64,000 nucleotides of DNA, taken from positions 112,424-176,423 of the forward strand of contig JAFCCC010000002.1 of assembly GCA_017610385.1 (NCBI GenBank), read 5' to 3'. Source of the stretch: Candidatus Nanohalarchaeota archaeon (lineage in GTDB: Archaea; Nanohalarchaeota; Nanosalinia; Nanosalinales; JAFCCC01). The notes beneath the pieces were generated by a model that saw only the letters and a program-made list of their open reading frames with translations, had not been told where the DNA came from and made no database searches. Below, piece by piece: positions 9,903 through 18,279 of this stretch (the stretch's first letter is position 1; every line of letters starts with the position of its first letter). A program made the position numbers and the translations under genes.

Positions 9903-9931
9903 GAATAAGAAGGAATATTAATCTTTCTTTA

Positions 9932-11350
9932 TTGCTTTTTTCGTGTTTTATACAAATTTATAATAACTCTATTAGCCAATTTTTGAGTATGCCGTTTGAA
10001 GAAACTAAAAAGTTGGAAGGTCATGAAGAACAGGTTTTCATAAAAAGAATTTTAGTTTCATTATCTCTTGCAGTTGTTTCTTGGGTTTTAACTCCGGGTC
10101 TGATTTATGAACAAAGAATTGTTCTTTGTATAACTGTCTTAAGCGTATTATTGTGGGCGACTGCGGCTATTCCGTTATATATCACATCTTTGCTTTTGCC
10201 GATCTGGTTAACGTTATTTGGACTTTATTTGCCAATTAAAATTTTGCCTTTGTTTTTTGATCCAGTAATTGTTCTTTTATTGGGTGGATTATTAATTGCA
10301 AGAGCGATGCATAATCTAAAATTAGATGAGAAAATTGCTATAACATTGGTTTCTTTGGCTACGAATACAAAAAATATTGTGATATTTTTGATGATTACAA
10401 CAGCTTTTCTTTCAATGTGGATGTCCAATACAGCTACAACCGCATTAATGCTTCCTATAGGAATAGTTCTTTTGAAGAAATTAAAATTGGAAACCAAAAT
10501 TTATGCGAAAGTTGTGGTGTTGGGTATTGCGTTTGCAGCGAATATTGGAGGAATTGCTACCTTAGTTGGCTCTCCGCCGAACGCATTAACTGCTGGCTTT
10601 TTAAAAGAATTAACTGGGAATGTAATTACTTTTGGAGGGTGGATGATGTATGCCTTGCCTCTAACTATATTATTATTACCTATTTGTTGGAATTTATTGT
10701 GGTATTGGTTTAAACCAGAATTTAAAGAAGTACAAATTAAAAAAGAAAAATTTAAAATAGGAGGGAAAGAAAGAATTTTTAGTTTAATTTTCTTCTTGAC
10801 AATTGTGGCTTGGTTAACTACTCCACTTCATGGAGTTTCTAGTTCAATTATTGCTTTAGGATCTGCTATTATACTTTTACTTCTTAGATTCATTAAAAAA
10901 GAAGATTTAAGTAAGATTAGCTGGTCCACCTTGTTTTTGGTGGGTGGAGGGCTAATTCTTGGCCACGCCATTGTTGAATCCGGATTATCAAAAAGTTTTA
11001 TTCAGTTATTAGGTAATAGTTTACTTACTCAACCATTATGGATTATAGCTTATGGCTTAATTGCAGTTGCAATGTTCTGGGGGGTTTTTATTTCTAATAC
11101 TGCTGCGGCTGCGTTAATTGTTCCTTTAATTATCCCACTATCTGCACTTTTGGGAGTTAATCCTATAATTTACGCTGTATCAGTAGGGATCGCTGTCTCA
11201 TTAACTTTTATTTTTCCAATAGATACGCCTCCATTGGCCCTGGCTTATGCTACGGGGTATATAAAAATTAAAGATATGCTGAAAGTTGGATTAGTTATGA
11301 CTTTGATTTCTTTAATTTTGGTTGGGTTGTTTGCTTTATTTATTTGGTGA
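9932..11350 (+). CDS. SLC13/DASS-family Na+/di- or tricarboxylate or sulfate transporter (true start probably ATG near 9989)
   Basis: SMWMSNTAT, GGIATLVGSPPN, FISNTAAA, TPP motifs; many transmembrane segments. Confidence 0.9.
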   Translation: MLFSCFIQIYNNSISQFLSMPFEETKKLEGHEEQVFIKRILVSLSLAVVSWVLTPGLIYEQRIVLCITVLSVLLWATAAIPLYITSLLLPIWLTLFGLYLPIKILPLFFDPVIVLLLGGLLIARAMHNLKLDEKIAITLVSLATNTKNIVIFLMITTAFLSMWMSNTATTALMLPIGIVLLKKLKLETKIYAKVVVLGIAFAANIGGIATLVGSPPNALTAGFLKELTGNVITFGGWMMYALPLTILLLPICWNLLWYWFKPEFKEVQIKKEKFKIGGKERIFSLIFFLTIVAWLTTPLHGVSSSIIALGSAIILLLLRFIKKEDLSKISWSTLFLVGGGLILGHAIVESGLSKSFIQLLGNSLLTQPLWIIAYGLIAVAMFWGVFISNTAAAALIVPLIIPLSALLGVNPIIYAVSVGIAVSLTFIFPIDTPPLALAYATGYIKIKDMLKVGLVMTLISLILVGLFALFIW

Positions 11351-11427
11351 GGTCCGAGTACTCGGATATCTTGATTTTATTGGCTTTTAGAAATATTTAT
11401 AAGAATACTACCACTTATAAATAATAA

Positions 11428-12153
11428 ATGCCAGAAAATACGGTAGATGATGTATGGAATGCCTTTAAGGTTGATGACGTATGGAATGCCTTTAAGGTTG
11501 ATCTTTCTAGAAGAGATTGTCCAGTAGGTTTAACTCCGAAGAAATTCGAAGGTGGAGAATTAATCTATGGTCCAGAAGATGCAGATCAAATTCTATATCT
11601 TATTTCAGGGTATGCAAAAGGAATAAAATATGGTGGGAGGGTTCTTATCGTGGATATTTTTGGTCCTGCCACAATTATCGGCGAATTAAGAATACCAGAA
11701 GCTCATGAAGAAATAGAATATCAGACATTAATCAGAGGAACATATGAATCTGCATCTTTAACAGATTTTAAAATATTTTTAGCAAATAATCCAGAATATG
11801 TTTTTCCATTATTGGTAAACAATTTAAGAAATTCTAATAACTTTATTAATAAAATATCTCATTTCGACATGGAGCAAACTTCAAAAAGGATTTCTTACAT
11901 TTTAGGTGAATTAATGGATTGTTTTGGAGAACAAACAGATAGAGGTACAATACTTCCGTTTCCAGTAACACATGAAGAAATAGGTCAATTAATAGGGCGT
12001 GCTAGAGAAAATGTTACTCTAGAATTAAATAGATTAACCGAATATGGAATTGTAGACATAAAGAGGAGAGATATTGCAGTTATAGACCTTGAAAAATTGA
12101 AAAGTTGGCCAAATTTGTCTAAATCAAAATTTAAAGAAACCTATCAATCCTAA
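11428..12153 (+). CDS. Crp/Fnr-family transcriptional regulator
   Basis: cNMP-binding beta-roll (LY.I.SG...G...IGE) and C-terminal HTH VTHEEIGQLIGRARENVT..L..L. Confidence 0.85.
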   Translation: MPENTVDDVWNAFKVDDVWNAFKVDLSRRDCPVGLTPKKFEGGELIYGPEDADQILYLISGYAKGIKYGGRVLIVDIFGPATIIGELRIPEAHEEIEYQTLIRGTYESASLTDFKIFLANNPEYVFPLLVNNLRNSNNFINKISHFDMEQTSKRISYILGELMDCFGEQTDRGTILPFPVTHEEIGQLIGRARENVTLELNRLTEYGIVDIKRRDIAVIDLEKLKSWPNLSKSKFKETYQS

Positions 12154-12294
12154 AATTAATGTAAGTAACCCTATTGCCAACAATAGATGACCAAGCCAAT
12201 CATCTTTAACGTGTTTGTTTGTTAGAAGTGTATGTGCGTATTTTACTATTCCTAAAAAAATAGGTATTGCAGTCAACAGAATTCTTGCATCCAT
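12124..12294 (-). CDS. Small two-TM membrane protein (56 aa, not in the ORF track)
   Basis: Manual translation MDARILLTAIPIFLGIVKYAHTLLTNKHVKDDWLGHLLLAIGLLTLILGLIGFFKF. Confidence 0.45.
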   Translation of the reverse strand: MDARILLTAIPIFLGIVKYAHTLLTNKHVKDDWLGHLLLAIGLLTLILGLIGFFKF

Positions 12295-12380
12295 GGTAAA
12301 AAGTTAACTTCTGTTGTTTAAATAATTTAATAAAATAAAAAAAGGAAAAGAGATGATTTGATTATTTTGTTCCTCTAATC

Positions 12381-12578
12381 TTAATCTTTTGTTTCTATGA
12401 TCTTAATTGCACCAACAGGACATGCTGCTTCAGCATCTTTGTTGCATCCAACAACATCTAGATTTATCTCTATTGGATTTGACTTTCCTTCTGAGGTCAT
12501 TTCCCAATTATTTGGACAAATTGCAGCACAAGAACCACAACCAATACATGCTACTTTGTCGTGTTTTATTACAAACAT
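12381..12578 (-). CDS. Single-cluster [4Fe-4S] ferredoxin
   Basis: CIGCGSCAAICP and distal CPVGAI; GAAGGTGA ribosome-binding site upstream. Confidence 0.9.
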   Translation of the reverse strand: MFVIKHDKVACIGCGSCAAICPNNWEMTSEGKSNPIEINLDVVGCNKDAEAACPVGAIKIIETKD

Positions 12579-12613
12579 AATTTCACCTTCTTCTAGTATG
12601 GAGTTGCGCGCTA

Positions 12614-12913
12614 TTAATAGTTTGTGGGTCTGGGCAAATAATCAGAGTCTAATTTCATCATAAGTTCGTCGTATATTCCTTGTACGGGATTTCTGAACTT
12701 GGAACCGTGTTGCTCAAGAAATTGCGTGGCCAATACTCCACAAAGATATGGTTGCGCAAAACCAATAACACCTAAGGCTGCAGCAGAAAACAACATTGAT
12801 TCAGAAGAAAGTACATGGGTTGTTATCTCAAACGAAGTATCTGAAACTGCACCCAGTACATTCTTAATAATATCTAAAACAACCATTTGAATCACTAAAT
12901 TCCCCAGAACCAA
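12614..12913 (-). CDS. Hypothetical protein with a hydrophobic segment
   Basis: ORF only; no recognised motif. Confidence 0.45.
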   Translation of the reverse strand: MVLGNLVIQMVVLDIIKNVLGAVSDTSFEITTHVLSSESMLFSAAALGVIGFAQPYLCGVLATQFLEQHGSKFRNPVQGIYDELMMKLDSDYLPRPTNY

Positions 12914-13050
12914 CCCATTAGAATATAGTATTAGATAGAATATAAAGATTCTATAAAGAAATCCTAAGGTATAAAAATTCTATAGAATAGTGCTGAAGCA
13001 ACAGATTGACAGTAATAAAAGTAATATACTCAGAGATTTAATTTAGCTTT

Positions 13051-13788
13051 ATGCAAAAAAAACCGTCATTAGGCTTTTTCTCATTCACCGGTTGCTCTGG
13101 ATGTGAATTTACTGTTTTGTTTATTGATGGCATATTAGATATTCTAGATAAATTTAATATAGAATATTTTCATTTGCTGAAAGAGAAAAATAGAGAAGCG
13201 CAATATGATTTGGCATTTGTTGAGGGTGCAATAACAACTAAAAGAGAGATTGAAAAACTAAAACGAATTAGAAAACAAAGCAAATTTTTAGTTGCAATGG
13301 GTGCCTGCGCTACTCACGGAGGAATTCCGATTCAACGAAATTTTATTGAAAAAAAAGAATTACAAAAATATGTTTACAATCAAAAAATGTTGAAAGATTC
13401 TATTGATGTTGCGCCGATAGACAAATTCATCAAAGTGGATCATTATTTATATGGATGTCCAATCATTAAATCAGAATTTATTGAGTTTATTGAGGCATAT
13501 TTGAAAGGTAAGAAAAAAGAACAGTTTAAAGGGCCAGTTTGCATGGAATGTCCTAGAAGAGGTAAAGACTGTTTCTTGAACCAAGGGATAGAATGTCTTG
13601 GATCTATCACGCAAGGAGGTTGTAAGGCGCTTTGTACATCTCAAAATGTTCCTTGTACTATGTGTAGAGGACCTTTAGAATCTGCAAATTTCCCTGTTGA
13701 AATTAAGCTTTTAGAATCTTTTGGGCTGAGTAAAAAAGAAATATTAAATAAATTAAGATATTTTACAGATAAGGTGAAAAGCAAATGA
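13051..13788 (+). CDS. [NiFe] hydrogenase small (delta-type) subunit, group 3-like
   Basis: TGCSGC, VEGAIT, GACATHGG, GCP, and distal VC.EC...C...C.G..T.GGC...C...C..C.GP ligands. Confidence 0.92.
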   Translation: MQKKPSLGFFSFTGCSGCEFTVLFIDGILDILDKFNIEYFHLLKEKNREAQYDLAFVEGAITTKREIEKLKRIRKQSKFLVAMGACATHGGIPIQRNFIEKKELQKYVYNQKMLKDSIDVAPIDKFIKVDHYLYGCPIIKSEFIEFIEAYLKGKKKEQFKGPVCMECPRRGKDCFLNQGIECLGSITQGGCKALCTSQNVPCTMCRGPLESANFPVEIKLLESFGLSKKEILNKLRYFTDKVKSK

Positions 13789-15059
13789 AAAACATTAAAT
13801 TAGATCACGTAACGAAAATAGAAGGACACGCGAAATTACATGTTATCATTGATAAAGGAAAAGTAAAAAAAGCGGATTTACAAGTATTTGAAGGTTCTCG
13901 TTTTTTTGAGGGCATTTTAAAAGGAAAGAGATATGATGATTTAAGTCCTATTTCTTCTAGAATTTGCGGGGTTTGTTCTGTTGTTCATGCAATAACTGCA
14001 TTAGAGTCTGTTGAAAAAGCAATGGGGGTTAAAGTATCTAAACAGACTAGAAAATTAAGACAAGTAATGAATATTGCAGGGACACTTCAAAGTCATACGC
14101 TTCATTTATATTTCATGGTTTTGCCAGATTATTTTGGTTTTTCAAATGCGTTAAAACTAGCTGCAGAGAATAAAGAGTTAATTGTAAGAGCACTAGATTT
14201 GAAGCGGTTTGGAAATAGAATTGTAAGAGCAATAGGGGCTAGAGATGTTCATCCGTTCACGTTCGTGGTTGGAGGGATTTCTAGATCTCCAGAGCAAGAA
14301 GAATTGGATTCTATTTTACAGGAATGCAAAAAATTAATTCCTGCAGGTAAAAAAACAATGGAACTTTTTGCTAAAATTAAAGTTCCAGATTTTGAATTAA
14401 AAAGAAATTATTATGCACTAACAGGCGGCAATTATTTTTGTGGCGGAGATAAAATAACTTGTTATTCTAATGAAGAGATTTCAACTCAGAAATATGAAAA
14501 TCATGTTTCAGAATATTTTCAAGAAGGAAGTACCTCGGAATTTGTAATGGATAAAAAAGGAAACAGTTACATGGTCGGAGCGATGGCTAGAATACTAATT
14601 AAAGGAAATCTGCTTTCTGAAGAATCAAGAAAATATCAGAAGATTATTGAAAAAAATAAATTTAATCCTTTTTATAATAATTTAGCTCAGGCTATTGAAA
14701 TTTTTGAATGTTTGAAACAGATTGAGAAAATTTTGACAAATTTTAAAGTTAAAAAGGAGTTACCTATTAAATTTAAAGAGAAAGCGGGGAATGGTATTGG
14801 CGCATTCGAAGCGCCCAGAGGTATTTTATTCCATAGATACACCATTGATAAAAACGGATTTTGCACTAGTGCAAATATAACTACTCCAACTTCCCAAAGC
14901 TTACAAAATTTACAAGAAAATATCAGAAATTTCTTACCTAAAATTGTAAATCAAAGTGAAGAAAAAATAAAATTGATGGTAGAAGAACTAATAAGAGCGT
15001 ATGATCCATGCATATCTTGTTCTACACATTTTTTAGAATTAAAATTAGAAAGAAAGTGA
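13785..15059 (+). CDS. [NiFe] hydrogenase large subunit, group 3b-like
   Basis: TKIEGH, L1 RICGVCSVVH, EAPRG.L.H, L2 RAYDPCISCSTH followed by a cleavable C-terminal tail. Confidence 0.93.
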   Translation: MKNIKLDHVTKIEGHAKLHVIIDKGKVKKADLQVFEGSRFFEGILKGKRYDDLSPISSRICGVCSVVHAITALESVEKAMGVKVSKQTRKLRQVMNIAGTLQSHTLHLYFMVLPDYFGFSNALKLAAENKELIVRALDLKRFGNRIVRAIGARDVHPFTFVVGGISRSPEQEELDSILQECKKLIPAGKKTMELFAKIKVPDFELKRNYYALTGGNYFCGGDKITCYSNEEISTQKYENHVSEYFQEGSTSEFVMDKKGNSYMVGAMARILIKGNLLSEESRKYQKIIEKNKFNPFYNNLAQAIEIFECLKQIEKILTNFKVKKELPIKFKEKAGNGIGAFEAPRGILFHRYTIDKNGFCTSANITTPTSQSLQNLQENIRNFLPKIVNQSEEKIKLMVEELIRAYDPCISCSTHFLELKLERK

Positions 15060-15064
15060 GAGCG

Positions 15065-15445
15065 TCATTCTACCGAACAGTCTTGTAATAGTTCTAGTAC
15101 GTCTGATTTAATCTTAGAAATATTGCCTTTTTGAGGAACCCCAATAATTCTTATTTTGTCAATGTTGCCCATATCTTTTAACAGGTTTAGGAAAAAGGCC
15201 ACATCTAAGTCATGCGTCGTAATAGAACTTACTTGCTCAAATTCTTCTAGACTGTTAAATAATTTTACTTTATGTAAATTTTTGACAACATCTACAATAA
15301 CAAACTCTTCTCGAAATTCGATTTGTTCGAGTGTGTTAACTTGATTAAATTCAAAGGAACCTTTCAGAGATTTCATTACTCTTAAAGCTAAATTATCTTC
15401 TTTGAGAAATCCATTTCCTAAAACATATATTTTCATTATATTCAC
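15065..15445 (-). CDS. Putative hydrogenase maturation protease-like protein (HycI/HybD fold, truncated)
   Basis: VLGN.FL.ED.LAL, IVDVV, S.TTHD, I.IIGVP motifs. Confidence 0.6.
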   Translation of the reverse strand: MNIMKIYVLGNGFLKEDNLALRVMKSLKGSFEFNQVNTLEQIEFREEFVIVDVVKNLHKVKLFNSLEEFEQVSSITTHDLDVAFFLNLLKDMGNIDKIRIIGVPQKGNISKIKSDVLELLQDCSVE

Positions 15446-15465
15446 TTAGTCACTTTTCACCGTAC

Positions 15466-16368
15466 TCACTCAGTTACAAATGTGCTTTTTATTCTTCCAA
15501 TTTTATAAGCACCAATTAAGATTAAAAAGGATCCCAAAAGAGGTACTATTCCAAGAGGTTCTTTGAAAATCAAAATTCCCAGAATTAAAGAAATTACTGG
15601 CGCAAGCAATAAAAAACTGGTTGCTTTTGAAATATCAATTAATTTTATGCTCCAATACCAGCAGAAAACATATGCAAATAAGAGTGCTGTGGATATTATT
15701 ATTTTGATTATTTGGGCTGAGTTTAATTGCAATAATAAATTAAATTTCCCAAAAATACCTATGACTCCGAAAAGCACTATTGCCCCGATAAACATTCTTG
15801 AAAAAGAAATTATCCAATTGCTCTCCCCTTTGTTCATTGCTTTTTTAGATATTGTAATTTCAATTGCCCACAAAAATGTGGCGCCCAATATCAGCAAATC
15901 ACCTAATTGTGGATTTGAAAAAAATTCTGTTGGATTAATTTTTGTAAACACAATAAAAATAATTCCGATAAACATTGCAAGTAAATATGGCAAATATTTT
16001 TTCACTTTTTCTTTTAAGAAGAAATAAGCTAGTCCAAATGTAAAAAAGGGTAAAGTTTTATGCAAAAATGCCGCTCGCCCACCAGTTGTTAATTTTAGAC
16101 CGCTGAAGAATAATAGAAAGGCTAAACCACCACCAATTATTCCTATAGCCAATAAATACTTCCATGAAACGCTGTTAAATCCTTTAAAACTAAATTTGTT
16201 ACTGTAAAAACATATAATAAAAAAAACAAGACCGATAAACAGCGCTCGAATTGCTGTGAATAAAAATGGATCTATTGTTGCTACAAAGAACTTATTTGCA
16301 ATAATCGAAACACCGCTTATTATTGCAGTTAAAATTGCAAGCAGACTTCCAAGAGTTTCGTTATTCAT
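15466..16368 (-). CDS. EamA/DMT-family transporter
   Basis: About 10 TM helices in two EamA repeats (F.KE motifs). Confidence 0.88.
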   Translation of the reverse strand: MNNETLGSLLAILTAIISGVSIIANKFFVATIDPFLFTAIRALFIGLVFFIICFYSNKFSFKGFNSVSWKYLLAIGIIGGGLAFLLFFSGLKLTTGGRAAFLHKTLPFFTFGLAYFFLKEKVKKYLPYLLAMFIGIIFIVFTKINPTEFFSNPQLGDLLILGATFLWAIEITISKKAMNKGESNWIISFSRMFIGAIVLFGVIGIFGKFNLLLQLNSAQIIKIIISTALLFAYVFCWYWSIKLIDISKATSFLLLAPVISLILGILIFKEPLGIVPLLGSFLILIGAYKIGRIKSTFVTE

Positions 16369-16910
16369 AACGGTATATTATCATAGGTCATTAAAATATG
16401 TTTTAATTTGGAATAATTTTTCTCAGAAATTTTTTCTATTGCATTATCATAGTGAATCGTAATCAAATCATTGACTTTAAATTCATCTAAAAATTCTGAT
16501 TTCACCTTCCTTTCACCAAAAAGTGTTTTAACAGTTAATTCAGTAGAGTTGGTGGCTATAATTTTTGCAGGCAAAACTAAACAGCGTTTTACATTAAGAT
16601 CTCCAAAATCTGCGTTTCTATCTAAAACCACTGCTGCGTGCATATCCCAAAAATAGGTGTGTAGGATTTCTTTGTCGATTTTTTCTTTTCCTTGTTTTTT
16701 TGCTAGAACAAGAAGATTTCCTGTTGCAAATGGCCAGATTTCCTGTAAATCTTTTTCAATTTTCTCTTTTTTAGTTACTTTGTCTTCTAATTCATCGAGA
16801 AAGTTTTGGGTTATGTTCCCTCGCTGAACCAAAACACACCCACAAGGAACCGCATATCTAAGAAATAATTGCTCGGTTTCAGAATCTGTAAATTTAATCA
16901 TCTGAATCAC
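16365..16910 (-). CDS. Hypothetical hydrogenase-associated protein (DUF6390-like, HypC-like C-terminus)
   Basis: LFLRYAVPC N-terminal motif; C-terminal KVNDLITIHYDNAIE resembles the HypC OB-fold motif; overlaps hypC. Confidence 0.5.
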   Translation of the reverse strand: MIQMIKFTDSETEQLFLRYAVPCGCVLVQRGNITQNFLDELEDKVTKKEKIEKDLQEIWPFATGNLLVLAKKQGKEKIDKEILHTYFWDMHAAVVLDRNADFGDLNVKRCLVLPAKIIATNSTELTVKTLFGERKVKSEFLDEFKVNDLITIHYDNAIEKISEKNYSKLKHILMTYDNIPL

Positions 16911-17116
16911 TCATTTGCACTAGCATATAATTCGATAATTTTTTCAGCTTCCTCTCTTTTTAAGATTTGAACAATTTCCTTTTGAGAAACTAAGACATAA
17001 TCATTCAATTTTGGTTTTAAAATTAGGACTCCTGCCTCTCTTTTTAATCCAGAATAGTCTACAATAACTGAATCATCTTTTAGTTCAATCACTTTTCCAG
17101 GAATTGCCATACACAT
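16907..17116 (-). CDS. hypC: HypC/HybG-family hydrogenase chaperone
   Basis: MCMAIPGKV start (ATG at 17116), VDY.G.KRE, DYVLV; the usual His after this motif is absent. Confidence 0.85.
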   Translation of the reverse strand: MCMAIPGKVIELKDDSVIVDYSGLKREAGVLILKPKLNDYVLVSQKEIVQILKREEAEKIIELYASANE

Positions 17117-17454
17117 TTTAATCAATTAATTATATTTTCTTTCTAATTACTCTCTTTGAAGCATAGTATAAACTATATTATTTTTTAAGAATTTTTACTA
17201 TTAATAAGATGATGTCCGAACGCTCGGATGCCTGCAAAATCAGGCAACACTTTGGGCTACACTCATTTCGTGAGGCAACCTTCACAAAAGTAACCGGCAA
17301 ATCAGAGAACACTTAAAGATGGTTTTGGTTTCATCTCAAGCACATATTTAAAAACTTATTTGAAAAAGGAAGTATAGTAAGTTGCTCGCAATTACGCTTT
17401 TTAGATAGAAAGTATAATTTAAACTAAAAAGTGAAGTCTGTTGTGTATAACCGA

Positions 17455-17519
17455 CTGTGCTTGTGAATTTTGTTCACAAGGTAGGAAAACTCGTAAGAGT
17501 TTTACGTGTTGATACAACT
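17455..17519 (+). repeat. Dispersed hairpin element F, copy 2 (core), in the tRNA-Tyr leader
   Basis: 63/65 match to the reverse complement of 9598-9662; lies between TATA-like TTTAAA (17418-17423) and the tRNA. Confidence 0.9.
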
Positions 17520-17530
17520 AACTGTAGTTT

Positions 17531-17708
17531 CCCGACTTAACTCAATGGTAGAGTGTCCGGCTGTAGACTTTGGACGCCGCAAACCTTCAAAGGTTTGTAC
17601 CGGGATGTTCCCGGTTCGAATTAGCCCTTTGTACAGGCAAGCGTACAAAAGCGTTAGCAGAAAGTACGCTTCCGCAAATGAATGGTTACGAAAATCCGGG
17701 AGTCGGGA
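17531..17708 (+). tRNA. tRNA-Tyr(GTA) with two introns: 17567-17598 (37/38) and 17621-17694 (59/60)
   Basis: Acceptor CCCGACT/AGTCGGG-A; T arm CCCGG-TTCGAA^T-CCGGG; intron 2 has a clean BHB (TTCG/CGAA helix, AAT bulges, TAGCC/GGTTA stem). Confidence 0.88.
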
Positions 17709-17784
17709 TTTCTTTTTATTTTTGTAAAGGTTCTGTAGTGTACTCAGAACATAGAGATATATTATTTTATGAGAATGGTATTTT

Positions 17785-18156
17785 ATGAAAAGAGAGAATA
17801 CGAGTTATCAACAACAACTAGGGGCTCTATTACGTAAAGATTTTGAAATATATGTTGAAAAGTATATTAGAGAAGATGTTGCAATACGAAACATATACAC
17901 TGAACTTGATAAATCAAGTGTAGCACCACCAGAAAGGCTAGTAAGATCGTACATAAACTCTTTATTTACTGAGGGCATATACGGACGTTGTGGCATACTG
18001 AATGAAAAGAAAGAGAGAGAAAGACTAACACGGTTGGCAATTTTCGGGAGACTTGTGAATCTTAGTTCTGAAACACGCCAACGCCTTGAAGAAGAAGTTA
18101 CTAAAAAAGGTGCATGGGCTCTAGAAGAATTTAGGCGTTTATTTGACGCTGACTAA
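17785..18156 (+). CDS. Hypothetical protein
   Basis: ORF with typical codon usage; no recognised motif. Confidence 0.6.
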   Translation: MKRENTSYQQQLGALLRKDFEIYVEKYIREDVAIRNIYTELDKSSVAPPERLVRSYINSLFTEGIYGRCGILNEKKERERLTRLAIFGRLVNLSSETRQRLEEEVTKKGAWALEEFRRLFDAD

Positions 18157-18279
18157 CTCCTTAGAAAAACATTTCTGGAAACTATGGGCTAAGTTTTATT
18201 TAATAAAAAAACCGCAAGAAAATATCGTGTTGTTTATCCACCACGCCTTTTTTTAATTGTTCTTTTTTATGTTCTTTTT

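Noticed and set aside
13785-15059. Selenocysteine-containing hydrogenase
   Set aside because: The L2 motif has ordinary Cys codons (DPCISC) and there is no in-frame TGA.
17462-17478. Crp-binding site TGTGA...TCACA
   Set aside because: Spacing is 7 nt rather than 6, and the sequence is a hairpin inside repeat element F.
17506-17788. ORFs 17506-17727 and 17570-17788
   Set aside because: They overlap the intron-containing tRNA-Tyr and the repeat; spurious.
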